Virus record (IMG/VR): IMGVR_UViG_3300032046_005540
Coordinates: 96,001 to 160,000 of that record
Reading direction: 5' to 3' (one strand)
Length of the DNA stretch: 64,000 bases
Origin: a virus
Shown: piece by piece, positions 1 to 8,890 of the stretch
Layout of the letters: each line of letters opens with the position of its first letter
How positions within the stretch are numbered: the first letter of the stretch is position 1
Notes under the pieces: generated by a model
The model's input: only the letters and a program-made list of their open reading frames with translations
Databases searched by the model: none
Told to the model about the DNA's origin: nothing
Program-made: the position numbers and the translations under genes

Positions 1-180
1 CAAAAATAAACCATAACCAAGAGGAGGCTCTACAACAATTCCAATACTAACTTCTCTCCAACTATGGGCAGGAATAATTACTTCCTCCACAGAATATAAA
101 TCAAAGCAGCTATCAGATTCATAAGTCTTTGTAGGTAATTTTGCATTTGGATGAATTAATTTACATTTAACAACTATCAT
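1..180 (-). CDS. dut: dUTPase (trimeric type), N-terminal part, truncated by the window edge
   Basis: Manual translation MIVVKCKLIHPNAKLPTKTYESDSCFDLYSVEEVIIPAHSWREVSIGIVVEPPLGYGLFL matches the dUTPase N-terminus (A.LP...xxxDL motif 1, G+..+.P.GY). ATGA overlap with the upstream gene. Confidence 0.85.
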   Translation of the reverse strand, partial: MIVVKCKLIHPNAKLPTKTYESDSCFDLYSVEEVIIPAHSWREVSIGIVVEPPLGYGLFL

Positions 181-542
181 CTTCCCTCCATCAATAAATT
201 TACTATTCTAACTATTTCTTCCCAATTGTTTTCAAATCTAACTGCTCGATCATCAATATAAACATCGGCAAATACTTTGCCTTGAGAACCATCATCAACT
301 TCATCAAAAGGTATATTATTTCTTTCTAAAAAATCTTTTATTATTCTTACTTGAGTAAGTCTTTCTGCTAAATTTGGATGTAATTTCGTATTGGCTCTGC
401 AAGAAGTTATAATAATATAACATCCTATTTCTTTCAATAGTCTAATACAACGAATAGCATTTTCTTTCAAAGGACCTATATCTGGATATTCATTTTCAAC
501 TATTGTTCCATCAAAATCTATAGCAACTACAAAAGGTCTCAT
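177..542 (-). CDS. HAD-superfamily phosphatase / nucleotidase-like protein
   Basis: Motif I IDFDGT, motif II TSCR, C-terminal GKVFADVYIDD. Confidence 0.75.
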   Translation of the reverse strand: MRPFVVAIDFDGTIVENEYPDIGPLKENAIRCIRLLKEIGCYIIITSCRANTKLHPNLAERLTQVRIIKDFLERNNIPFDEVDDGSQGKVFADVYIDDRAVRFENNWEEIVRIVNLLMEGR

Positions 543-1108
543 TGGACTCCTTTCACCTTATAGCAAGCTTCTTGAATATCTCGAAATTCTTTTGTAAATC
601 TATCCATTAAAATAATAGCAAAAGATTTTACATCATATCCTAAATCAGGAAGATCTTCTAAACCAATAGCTAATACAGGACAATTTTTTCCAACTTTAAT
701 ATTTAAACCTACATGGATAAGACCTGAAACTGGAGACGAAGTAGCAATAGAAACAGAAAGTTTTTTACAATCAACAAAAATATCATCTCCTTCACGACGA
801 AGTTTATAAGATTCTGGTATTGTTAAACTTCTTAAAAAATCAATAGTTTGTGTAATAAAAAGTCTTTGCCAAACAACCATTTCTCTTAAAGAAATATCAA
901 AAATCTCAATTATGAAATGAAGCATACTCTCACTACTAATAAAATCATTCTTTAATCTATCCTCACAATCTACCAAATGTTCTTTAACTTCCGCAGGGCC
1001 TATAAAACTTACAATACTATTTCCTTTTACTCCATGTGCGTAGGCAAAGTGAGAGTGTAATTGAGAACCATCATATTTTATTTCTCCATTTAAAGATCTA
1101 AACTTCAT
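539..1108 (-). CDS. DUF366 family protein (biotin/lipoate ligase-like fold; often neighbours que genes)
   Basis: YDGSQL...AY...G.KGNSIVSFIGP, VD.ED, I.S..MLHFIIE, REGDDI...KKLSVSIAT, IHVGLNI. Confidence 0.75.
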   Translation of the reverse strand: MKFRSLNGEIKYDGSQLHSHFAYAHGVKGNSIVSFIGPAEVKEHLVDCEDRLKNDFISSESMLHFIIEIFDISLREMVVWQRLFITQTIDFLRSLTIPESYKLRREGDDIFVDCKKLSVSIATSSPVSGLIHVGLNIKVGKNCPVLAIGLEDLPDLGYDVKSFAIILMDRFTKEFRDIQEACYKVKGVQ

Positions 1109-1119
1109 AATTTTATCTC

Positions 1120-1434
1120 CTATTTTAATGTAGAAATATATTCAATAGCAAGTTTAAGTTCATCAACAATCTTCTTAGCAAACTCTACCTCAATTCCACC
1201 AACAACAGAACTATCTTCATCTTCATAAAAATTTCCTTTACCAGTTTTTACTATACTTACAAAGTTAATATAAGGCTTACCCGATCGAATATTAATTTTA
1301 GCAACATAAGTTAATCCATCTTCACCTTTAATTTGCTTTTTTTCTTCAGTAAGATTCCAACATACACCAACGGAATCACCAACCATATGCACTTCTTTTT
1401 CATTAACGAAATAAATTCTAGGTTCTATTTCCAT
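1120..1434 (-). CDS. hypothetical protein
   Basis: 104-aa ORF with AGGAG RBS, in operon context. Confidence 0.6.
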   Translation of the reverse strand: MEIEPRIYFVNEKEVHMVGDSVGVCWNLTEEKKQIKGEDGLTYVAKINIRSGKPYINFVSIVKTGKGNFYEDEDSSVVGGIEVEFAKKIVDELKLAIEYISTLK

Positions 1435-1446
1435 AACATCTCCTTT

Positions 1447-2133
1447 TTAAGATATTAAATATTCCAAAGGATCTATTAAACCATTTGCCCTAAATGCTTC
1501 TAATCTCTCAACACAAGCAGAACATTTACCACAAGCTGGTCTTAAACCTTTATAACAAGAATGAGTTAGTTTATAAGGAACACAAAGTTTTATTCCTAAA
1601 GCAACTATTTCTTTTTTAGTCATATCAATAAATGGAGTTTTTATTTCAACTTGAACTCCATGGGTAGAACCTAAACTCAAAGTCTTTTCCAAGGCATCAT
1701 AAAAATCTCTTCTGCAATCTCTATAAACCTCAAAATCTTCTTTCACTGGGGTCATAAAAATTGTTATAGGATTCAAATCTAAAGATTCTCCATATGCTGC
1801 TGCAAGAGTAGCTAACATAGTATTTCTAAAAGGAACTACTGTTTGAATTTGATCTTTCATTTCTTCTGGAACTTTCCAATCCTTATCAGTTAATGCGCTA
1901 TGGCCTATTTGAGCTAAATCAAAATTTAAAATCTTTAAGTCTCCCACTCTTTTTTCTCCATATTTATTTTGATACCTTGCCCAAATAAGCGTTGCTGAAG
2001 TTATTTCAGCAACAGAATGTTTTTGTCCATAGTTAATACTTAAAGGATAAAGCGTCCATCCTTCTTTTAACATATGAGCAAATAATGTAGTAGAATCTAA
2101 ACCACCACTTAAAAGAAATATTCCTTCCTTCAT
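1447..2133 (-). CDS. queC: 7-cyano-7-deazaguanine synthase QueC
   Basis: SGGLDS PP-loop, YGQKH, VPFRN, Y.DCR, SCY...CG.C..C.ER Zn site. Confidence 0.95.
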   Translation of the reverse strand: MKEGIFLLSGGLDSTTLFAHMLKEGWTLYPLSINYGQKHSVAEITSATLIWARYQNKYGEKRVGDLKILNFDLAQIGHSALTDKDWKVPEEMKDQIQTVVPFRNTMLATLAAAYGESLDLNPITIFMTPVKEDFEVYRDCRRDFYDALEKTLSLGSTHGVQVEIKTPFIDMTKKEIVALGIKLCVPYKLTHSCYKGLRPACGKCSACVERLEAFRANGLIDPLEYLIS

Positions 2134-2135
2134 TT

Positions 2136-2603
2136 TTAGTTCTCCTTCTCATATGGAAATTTAATCCAAACATCTTTATCTTCACTTGCAGCAAAATAAT
2201 CAGGATCAAATTTTGAATTCTTTTTATAAAATAATACAGAAGTCCGAATGTTTTTGAACCCTTTTTTTCTATATAAATCCACAACGGCTTTCATCGTTTC
2301 TCCTGAATCTACTAATTCATCTACAATCAAAATTCTGCTTTCTTTTATAACATCAGGGAAACACAAATAAGACGGAGATCCTATTTTTAATTTAGATTGT
2401 TTATTTTCTTTAGTATAAGAACTTGTAACAACAATATCTAAAGGAATATTCCAACTATGAGACATAAAAAGTGCTGGAATAATACCCCCGCGAGAAATTC
2501 CCACAACAAGATCAAACTTTTCCTGAGCTTTGTTAGATATAATATCTATAAGGCGGTCAACTAACTGAAAGTAATATTCCCAAGAAATTTCTTCTTTTTT
2601 CAC
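2136..2603 (-). CDS. type I phosphoribosyltransferase (xanthine/guanine PRTase-like)
   Basis: VGISRGG, PRPP-binding ILIVDELVDSGETM, C-terminal WIKFPYE. Confidence 0.9.
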   Translation of the reverse strand: MKKEEISWEYYFQLVDRLIDIISNKAQEKFDLVVGISRGGIIPALFMSHSWNIPLDIVVTSSYTKENKQSKLKIGSPSYLCFPDVIKESRILIVDELVDSGETMKAVVDLYRKKGFKNIRTSVLFYKKNSKFDPDYFAASEDKDVWIKFPYEKEN

Positions 2604-3274
2604 TAAACACCTCTTTTATCTTTATCCCAAATTATTTTATGCATTTGAAGACTATACCGAACGTCTAATTGATCCTTCAAAATCCATTCTGCTAATGTTT
2701 TTGGATCCATCTTTCCCCAAACAGGAGAAAATACATATTGTTCTTGTTTTATTGTTTGAGAATTATATTTTAATATAACCATTTTCGCATAGTCATAATC
2801 TTCCCTGTCCCCAATAATAAACTTTATTTCATCACACGGACGAAGATAATAAAAATTTGTCCAACACATTCCTTTTTCCATTCCAGAAAAAGGACATTTT
2901 ACATCCATACAAACAACACTAATATAAGGAATATATTTATAAATAGAAAGACTACCATTAGTTTCAAGAATAATATCTTTATCTAATTCTTTATTTATAA
3001 ACTTAACAAGATCAAAACAATTTGGAGACTGGAGAGGCTCCCCACCGGATAATAAAACTCTTTTACAATAACGATATTTACTTATTTCTGATGCTATTTT
3101 ATTGAACGTCATTATCTTTCCTTCTTTATAAGCCCATTTGCTGTCACAAAAAGAACAACGTAGATTACAGCCTGTTAACCTAACAATAACAACAGGCAAT
3201 CCTTTAGTTTTACCTTCTCCAGAAAATGTATAATATATTTCATTAACTTTTATCCTTTTTGTTCCTTCTTTCAT
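2603..3274 (-). CDS. queE: 7-carboxy-7-deazaguanine synthase QueE (radical SAM)
   Basis: EIYYTFSGEG...G.P...VRLTGCNLRCSFCDS, SGGEPL, ETNG, LQMHKIIW. Confidence 0.93.
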   Translation of the reverse strand: MKEGTKRIKVNEIYYTFSGEGKTKGLPVVIVRLTGCNLRCSFCDSKWAYKEGKIMTFNKIASEISKYRYCKRVLLSGGEPLQSPNCFDLVKFINKELDKDIILETNGSLSIYKYIPYISVVCMDVKCPFSGMEKGMCWTNFYYLRPCDEIKFIIGDREDYDYAKMVILKYNSQTIKQEQYVFSPVWGKMDPKTLAEWILKDQLDVRYSLQMHKIIWDKDKRGV

Positions 3275-3906
3275 TTAATTATTCCCTCCTCCAACCAAGT
3301 TTTAATAGGATCAAACGTTTTTCTATGAAATGGAGTAATACCATATTTTCTAATTGCTTCAATATGTTTCTTAGTTCCATATCCAACATTTGTTTTCCAA
3401 CCATACTTTTCATATTCAGGAAACTGATCAACTAAACTTTTTATATACCTATCTCTTAATACCTTAGCAATAACAGAAGCAGCCATAATAGAAGGTTCTT
3501 TTTCATCTCCTTTTATTATCCATATTTGATGTTCAAAAGGAATATTTAAAAGTTGTTTTTGATTATATAATTTACCGTCTATCAAAACAGTATCAGAAAT
3601 TGTTTTACCTGCTGTTTGTAGTTTTGGAAGAACTTCAAAAATTGCTCTTTGCATAGCTAACCTTGTTACATTAAGAATATTTTTTTCATCTATTTCTTGT
3701 ATGTTTGCAGAACCAGTTGCAAAAACAAGACCAAAATCTTTAAACTTTTGAAAAAGGTCTTCTCGTTGTTTCAAAGTTAATTTTTTAGAATCATTTAATC
3801 CATCAAAAGAAGGGTAAGATTCCCACAAAACAGCACCAGCAACTACGGGCCCTGCCAAGCACCCTCTTCCAACTTCATCACACCCAATTACAGAATTTAA
3901 TTTCAC
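3271..3906 (-). CDS. rnhB: ribonuclease HII
   Basis: GCDEVGRGCLAGPVVA, DSKKL, KGD, AASVIAKVLRD, GYGT..H, HRKTF. Likely GTG start at 3906 after GGAGG; the ORF track extends to 3972. Confidence 0.93.
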   Translation of the reverse strand: MKLNSVIGCDEVGRGCLAGPVVAGAVLWESYPSFDGLNDSKKLTLKQREDLFQKFKDFGLVFATGSANIQEIDEKNILNVTRLAMQRAIFEVLPKLQTAGKTISDTVLIDGKLYNQKQLLNIPFEHQIWIIKGDEKEPSIMAASVIAKVLRDRYIKSLVDQFPEYEKYGWKTNVGYGTKKHIEAIRKYGITPFHRKTFDPIKTWLEEGIIK

Positions 3907-3907
3907 T

Positions 3908-4231
3908 TTACTTCCTCCTAAATTTTTTAAATTCTGAAGCTCGATATCTTCCAATCTCTTTATCAAGAGCAATTTCTAATGTTTTTTCTTTCGAAATAAC
4001 TTCAACCGGAGAAGTATCTATACTATATCCATCCCACGTTGTAAGAATTTCTTTTTCTTTACACCTATCACAACACATCGCAAATTCTAATTGCAATGGT
4101 TTTTTTCCTTCCTTTCTAAACTTTTCCTCTTCTTCTTCAGTTAAAGGGCTTAAACATACTTGATCCATTTCACAAAACTTTTTACGTTTCCTACAAAACT
4201 CACAAGTTATTAAAACATCATTATAACTCAT
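3908..4231 (-). CDS. hypothetical Cys-rich (possible Zn-binding) protein
   Basis: CEFC...C...C and CCDRC motifs. Confidence 0.55.
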   Translation of the reverse strand: MSYNDVLITCEFCRKRKKFCEMDQVCLSPLTEEEEEKFRKEGKKPLQLEFAMCCDRCKEKEILTTWDGYSIDTSPVEVISKEKTLEIALDKEIGRYRASEFKKFRRK

Positions 4232-4232
4232 T

Positions 4233-5033
4233 TTAGAAATCCCAATTCTTTTTAAAATATGCTACTGCATTATGTTCATGGATGCTTTCATATGACATTA
4301 CTTTAATACTATATCCCTCAATGCCAGATATTTTATTTAAAGCAATAGCAACATCTCTTGCTACATCCTCTACAAATTTTGGATTTTTAAATGCCTTTTC
4401 CGTAACCCATTTTTCATCTGGGCGTTTTAAAACAGGATAAATATCGCAACTTCCCATTGACTCAATCAAAGAAACAACATCTTCAATCCATAAAGGTTTA
4501 CCTAAAAACTTCAATCTTGCAGTTACTATTGCTCTCTGATTATGAGCACCATATTTACTTATTGCTTTACTACAAGGGCATAAAGTAGTTATTGGAACTG
4601 AAACTTCAAGGTAAAAATCATATTTATTAGATGTTAATCGACCTACAAAAGCACAAGAATACCCTTGGATCCCATTTACTCTTTTTACTGGAGATTCTTT
4701 AGGAATAAAATATTTAAACCTAAAAACAGCATAAGCGTCCTTTGTTTTAAGTTTTCTTTTTAACTCTTCTAAAAATACTCTTAACTTTCTTGAATTTATT
4801 GTTTTATAACGATATTGCATTAAAACCTCAGAAAACCTTGACATATTAATCCCTCTAATCTCTTTCTCAAGGTCTCCATACATTGAAACAATCGCTTGAG
4901 TTGTTTGATATTGTCTCTTTTGTTTTTTAGCAACTAATATAGGAAAACTAACATCTTCAATACCTACTCTATAAAGAGGCACTCCTCGTTTATCTTTTAA
5001 CGCTTGAATATCCGGTAATTGTTCTTCAACCAT
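4233..5033 (-). CDS. folE2: GTP cyclohydrolase I, type IB (FolE2)
   Basis: LPDIQ, RVGI, RGINMSRF, TTLCPCSK.IS.YGAHNQR, LKRPDEK.VTE, NPKFVED, ESIH.HNA. Start at 5033 after AGGAG; the track gives 5102. Confidence 0.93.
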   Translation of the reverse strand: MVEEQLPDIQALKDKRGVPLYRVGIEDVSFPILVAKKQKRQYQTTQAIVSMYGDLEKEIRGINMSRFSEVLMQYRYKTINSRKLRVFLEELKRKLKTKDAYAVFRFKYFIPKESPVKRVNGIQGYSCAFVGRLTSNKYDFYLEVSVPITTLCPCSKAISKYGAHNQRAIVTARLKFLGKPLWIEDVVSLIESMGSCDIYPVLKRPDEKWVTEKAFKNPKFVEDVARDVAIALNKISGIEGYSIKVMSYESIHEHNAVAYFKKNWDF

Positions 5034-5052
5034 AGCTTCTCCTTCCAATTTT

Positions 5053-5481
5053 TTATTCTCCATATATAGCACTCGATTTAGGACCTTCAAACACTTCAAC
5101 ACTTATAAGTTTAACAGGATAAAACTCAGATTGAAAATTGTAAAACAAAAATTGTGCCATATGTTCTGCCGTAGGATTTCCTTGCATAGGATAAATTTGT
5201 TGCCCTTGATCTTTTGAAATAACATTCTGACAATGTAAAATTTCTATAAGAGGATCAGCAAAATTCAATATAAGTCCATGATCCCAATGTTGATCAATCC
5301 ATCCTTGAATTACTTTTTTTACAACAGAAAAATCAACTACCATTCCATCTTTATTAAGATCTTCACTCTCAAATGTAAAAATAGCACGCCAAGAATGGCC
5401 ATGGATACGCCCGCAAGGTCCTTCATAATTTAATAACCTGTGAGCCGCATCCCATTTAACTTCCTTAGCAATCTTAAACAT
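5053..5481 (-). CDS. queD: 6-carboxytetrahydropterin synthase QueD
   Basis: AAHRL..Y.G.C..IHGHSW, GMVVDF, WDH, NPTAE, FE. Confidence 0.93.
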   Translation of the reverse strand: MFKIAKEVKWDAAHRLLNYEGPCGRIHGHSWRAIFTFESEDLNKDGMVVDFSVVKKVIQGWIDQHWDHGLILNFADPLIEILHCQNVISKDQGQQIYPMQGNPTAEHMAQFLFYNFQSEFYPVKLISVEVFEGPKSSAIYGE

Positions 5482-6082
5482 ATTTTTCCTCCATCAATTT
5501 TTTTAATACAGGTCTACATTTTTTTATTCTATTACGAACTGCCATTCCAGTAATACTTAACTCTCTTCCTATTTGTTCATAATTTGTAATACCTTTCAAC
5601 ATTACCTCAATAACTGCTTTTGTTTTGTTGTCTACATTCTTTGTTAATTTTTCAACTAAATCTTTTGTTTCAAGTTTTTTAACAAAACCACAATCATTTA
5701 TAAGTAAATGTTCTTGAACTTGATCAATATCAACCAAAGGTGCTTTTAAACTTTTAATAAAATTACAAGAAAAATTATAAAGTTGTTTTTTCATTAAATA
5801 ATTAAAACACATTCCTTTTTTTGGCTTCCATCCTCGAAGCAATCTCAACAAATCAATTTTAAGTTCTTGACTTAACTCCTTTGCATTTTCTGTATTTTTG
5901 CAAAAAGAATTTGCAACTTTTTGTATATACTTAGAAACAATTTGAATTAAAGTATTTATATACTTTTCATCTCTTGTCTCATAAAACCTTTCAGCAAGCC
6001 AATCAGCTTTCGTCATAGAAGAATCTTGAGAAGAATTTTCTGGAATTGTAAAAATATTATTATCAACCTTTATATGTATCAT
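5474..6082 (-). CDS. sigma-70 family (ECF-like) RNA polymerase sigma factor
   Basis: Region-2-like AKELSQEL.IDLL...W.PKKG..FNY and region-4 HTH YEQIGRELSITGMAVRNRI. Confidence 0.75.
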   Translation of the reverse strand: MIHIKVDNNIFTIPENSSQDSSMTKADWLAERFYETRDEKYINTLIQIVSKYIQKVANSFCKNTENAKELSQELKIDLLRLLRGWKPKKGMCFNYLMKKQLYNFSCNFIKSLKAPLVDIDQVQEHLLINDCGFVKKLETKDLVEKLTKNVDNKTKAVIEVMLKGITNYEQIGRELSITGMAVRNRIKKCRPVLKKLMEEKYV

Positions 6083-6533
6083 TATGTTCCTTTGATAAAA
6101 GGGTTAAATACTTTGCTAACTTTTTGTCAACTTTCAAAGAGTCAATACTAAAAAATGCTAGACTTTCCTTTTCAGAAGCTTCTAAAAAATTAATTGGTGT
6201 TCTCATATCTTGTTTTATTTTTGTAATATAAGCATTTGAAGCATTTCTAAAAGCTTCAACTTTTTTTGGAAGTTTATTATCACTATTCACATATTGTAAA
6301 ATCTTTTTAGGTCCACAAACAGTAAAAAAATTAATTTCTTTAAAAAAAGAAGGATTCTGCGTCATAAATTCAAATAACAAAAGAAGAGACATAAAATCTA
6401 ATAATACTAAATCTTTATCAAAAACTATTGAACGATGTAACAACCCCCACTCAGGTATTACAAAACTACATATTCCTAAACCTTCTTTATCACCTTTTAT
6501 TTTTTTATGAGAACCTTTGAAATAAAATTTCAT
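6063..6533 (-). CDS. hypothetical protein, possibly a degenerate RNase H-like fold
   Basis: N-terminus FYFKGS...GLGICSFVI resembles RNase HI YxDGS..GxG with the Asp lost. Start probably 6533 (track 6557). Confidence 0.4.
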   Translation of the reverse strand: MKFYFKGSHKKIKGDKEGLGICSFVIPEWGLLHRSIVFDKDLVLLDFMSLLLLFEFMTQNPSFFKEINFFTVCGPKKILQYVNSDNKLPKKVEAFRNASNAYITKIKQDMRTPINFLEASEKESLAFFSIDSLKVDKKLAKYLTLLSKEHNDTYKG

Positions 6534-6556
6534 AAATACCTCTACTTTATAATACA

Positions 6557-7216
6557 CTAAACGGAAAGAAGATTATCAAACTTTTCTAAAAATTTCAAAT
6601 AAAAAGAGTGTAATTTCTTAATCAAAGACTCAAGATCAATATTCTTTTCTGCTTTATAGTAACAAAGATATAGATCAAACCAATATTGACTTTCGTCATA
6701 CCATTGCCATAAATCTTTCAATCTTTTATAACACACCTCATATTCTTTAGAAGACAATTTATACAAAAGAACATTTTCTAATATATAATGCTTTTCTTTA
6801 ACTTTATTAAATATTTGACTTTCAATACTCTCACGAACTTCTCGAAATTTCATAATAGTTGTATCATCAGTTTTTGATTCAAGATTTTCCAACTTTCTTT
6901 TTAAAGTATCTAACGAAAAATTATTTTCATATCCAACCTTTTCAGCTAAAAAATGAACTGTTTCTTGAAACGATTTATGTTCTATTTCCATTACAAAATC
7001 AAAAACACTTGAACCTTTCTTACAACCAAAGCAATACCAAGTATTAGTTAAAGGAAATACAAAAAAACTCTTTGTTCTATTATCTGGGTGAAAAGGACAT
7101 AAAGATACATAATTATCTCCTGATTCTTCCAAAGGAATATTATATTCCTCAACTAAAGAAACAATATCAACTTTTTCTATGAGTTCACTTAAATCTATTT
7201 TTTTAAAATTAATCAT
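6557..7216 (-). CDS. DNA primase CHC2 zinc-binding domain protein (no TOPRIM domain)
   Basis: VDIVSLVE.Y..L...G..Y..LCPFHPD...SF.V......WYCFGC..G..VFDFVM.IE..SF.E.V..LA. Confidence 0.85.
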   Translation of the reverse strand: MINFKKIDLSELIEKVDIVSLVEEYNIPLEESGDNYVSLCPFHPDNRTKSFFVFPLTNTWYCFGCKKGSSVFDFVMEIEHKSFQETVHFLAEKVGYENNFSLDTLKRKLENLESKTDDTTIMKFREVRESIESQIFNKVKEKHYILENVLLYKLSSKEYEVCYKRLKDLWQWYDESQYWFDLYLCYYKAEKNIDLESLIKKLHSFYLKFLEKFDNLLSV

Positions 7217-7220
7217 TCAA

Positions 7221-7481
7221 CTATTTCTCGTTTTTTAATTTAGATTCCATCAATAAGTCATCAATTACTTTTCGACTTCTCTCAAAAGTTAATCCAACTT
7301 TCAATCCAGTAGAATATGTATTTTGACAAACATCTTTTTCAAAAAAGTCAAGAATTTCCTTACTTGGTAAAGAAACATTTCTATCAGTTTGAACAAATCT
7401 AATCTCTACCGATGGGATAAGACTATTAATTTCTAAAGTAAATAAATATAGTTTCCCATCCTCTGATTCAAAATATAACAT
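7221..7481 (-). CDS. hypothetical protein
   Basis: 86-aa ORF with AGGAGG RBS. Confidence 0.55.
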   Translation of the reverse strand: MLYFESEDGKLYLFTLEINSLIPSVEIRFVQTDRNVSLPSKEILDFFEKDVCQNTYSTGLKVGLTFERSRKVIDDLLMESKLKNEK

Positions 7482-7496
7482 TTTTATTTCCTCCTT

Positions 7497-8888
7497 TTAG
7501 AAGTCTTGTTCATCTCTTTTTGCTTTCTTCCAAATTTCTTGTAATTTATCTAAATCACCTATAAAATTTACACCAAAATCAGCAAATAATTCAATAGCTT
7601 TTGATTCACTATATCTACTCGCTACAATCTTTAAATAAACTTTTTTAGCGTGTTGAGTTGCCATTTCTTGTGCATTATTAATTCCATGCCAAATATTAAG
7701 GATTAAATCACAATGGGCTGCAGCCATATCTGAAAGAGCTACGTGTTCAGTATCCACTTCTTCCCTTTGAACATCTAAAGACCTTCTATTTTGTTGTGCC
7801 GCGGTCAATATAGATACCTTATAAGCTCTCGCAATCTCTTTTAATTCTCGAAATACATTATCATATTTTTCTGACCTATCTCTAAACTTTTCATCAGGTC
7901 TCATTAAATTAGCATAATCAATTAAAATATTATCAGGCTTAACTCCAAACACTTTTTTATGTAATTCTATTTCATAACCAACCCTCGAAGGTGTTATTCC
8001 TCGAGAAATATCAACTACATAAAAAGGACATTTTCTTTCTTTAAGATGCTCTAAAGTGTTCCTATAAATCTTTTCCTCTTCCTCAGTTAATTTAGCATCT
8101 CTTAAATCATTAAAAGAAATGCCGGTATATCTACTTTCCCACATTAATTGAAGCATTGCTAATTCCATTTCAATAGTAATATACATAACTTTATAACCTA
8201 AATCCGCGTCATTACATCCTACATTAAATAGAAAACGGCTTTTGCCTCTTTTCATTCTTCCAAAGACCATTGCAAGTTTTGAAGGAAATTGACCTCCAGT
8301 TGTTTGATCTAATTCAGTCATTCCATAAGGAATTCCTTTGTATTTTTCTGGATGTTCTTTTTTATCTAAATATTCTTTCCATCTTATCTCAGGATCTTCA
8401 TCAAGAAGAAGTCTACGAGTAACTTCATTTGAAGAATCGAATGTTTTAATATTTAAAATCTTTCCAGTAATATCTGACAAAGAATTAGAAATATTTCGGT
8501 CATTTGCTAAATCTTCTACCATATCAAAAGCAGTATTGTATAGTTCTCTTTTAATTTCTAATTCTTTCAACTCATCCAAATAAAACCTGAACCCAGAATC
8601 ATCTACAAATGTTTTTGATAACTCTCCATGTAAAGTTAATAAAGTAAATTGAAGATCAGTAGAAAACTCTTTTTCATTTCTTTTCAAAAACTTCTCTAAA
8701 ATATCGTAAGATAAAGTTTTATGATATTTTTCAAAATATCTACTTATTAAGTCAAATAACTTTTTATGATTTTCATCACAAAATGTTGAAACTTTAATTT
8801 TAGAAAGAGTTTCCTCTATATAACTAACATCTTTAAGTAGATATGAAAGAATAGTTTTTTCAACTACATTATCATTAAATTTTACCAT
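7497..8888 (-). CDS. dnaB: replicative DNA helicase, DnaB family
   Basis: GIPYG..ELD..TGG, Walker A GRMKRGKS, ITIEM, ILIDYANLM, LKEIAR, TAAQQNR. Confidence 0.92.
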   Translation of the reverse strand: MVKFNDNVVEKTILSYLLKDVSYIEETLSKIKVSTFCDENHKKLFDLISRYFEKYHKTLSYDILEKFLKRNEKEFSTDLQFTLLTLHGELSKTFVDDSGFRFYLDELKELEIKRELYNTAFDMVEDLANDRNISNSLSDITGKILNIKTFDSSNEVTRRLLLDEDPEIRWKEYLDKKEHPEKYKGIPYGMTELDQTTGGQFPSKLAMVFGRMKRGKSRFLFNVGCNDADLGYKVMYITIEMELAMLQLMWESRYTGISFNDLRDAKLTEEEEKIYRNTLEHLKERKCPFYVVDISRGITPSRVGYEIELHKKVFGVKPDNILIDYANLMRPDEKFRDRSEKYDNVFRELKEIARAYKVSILTAAQQNRRSLDVQREEVDTEHVALSDMAAAHCDLILNIWHGINNAQEMATQHAKKVYLKIVASRYSESKAIELFADFGVNFIGDLDKLQEIWKKAKRDEQDF

Positions 8889-8890
8889 AT

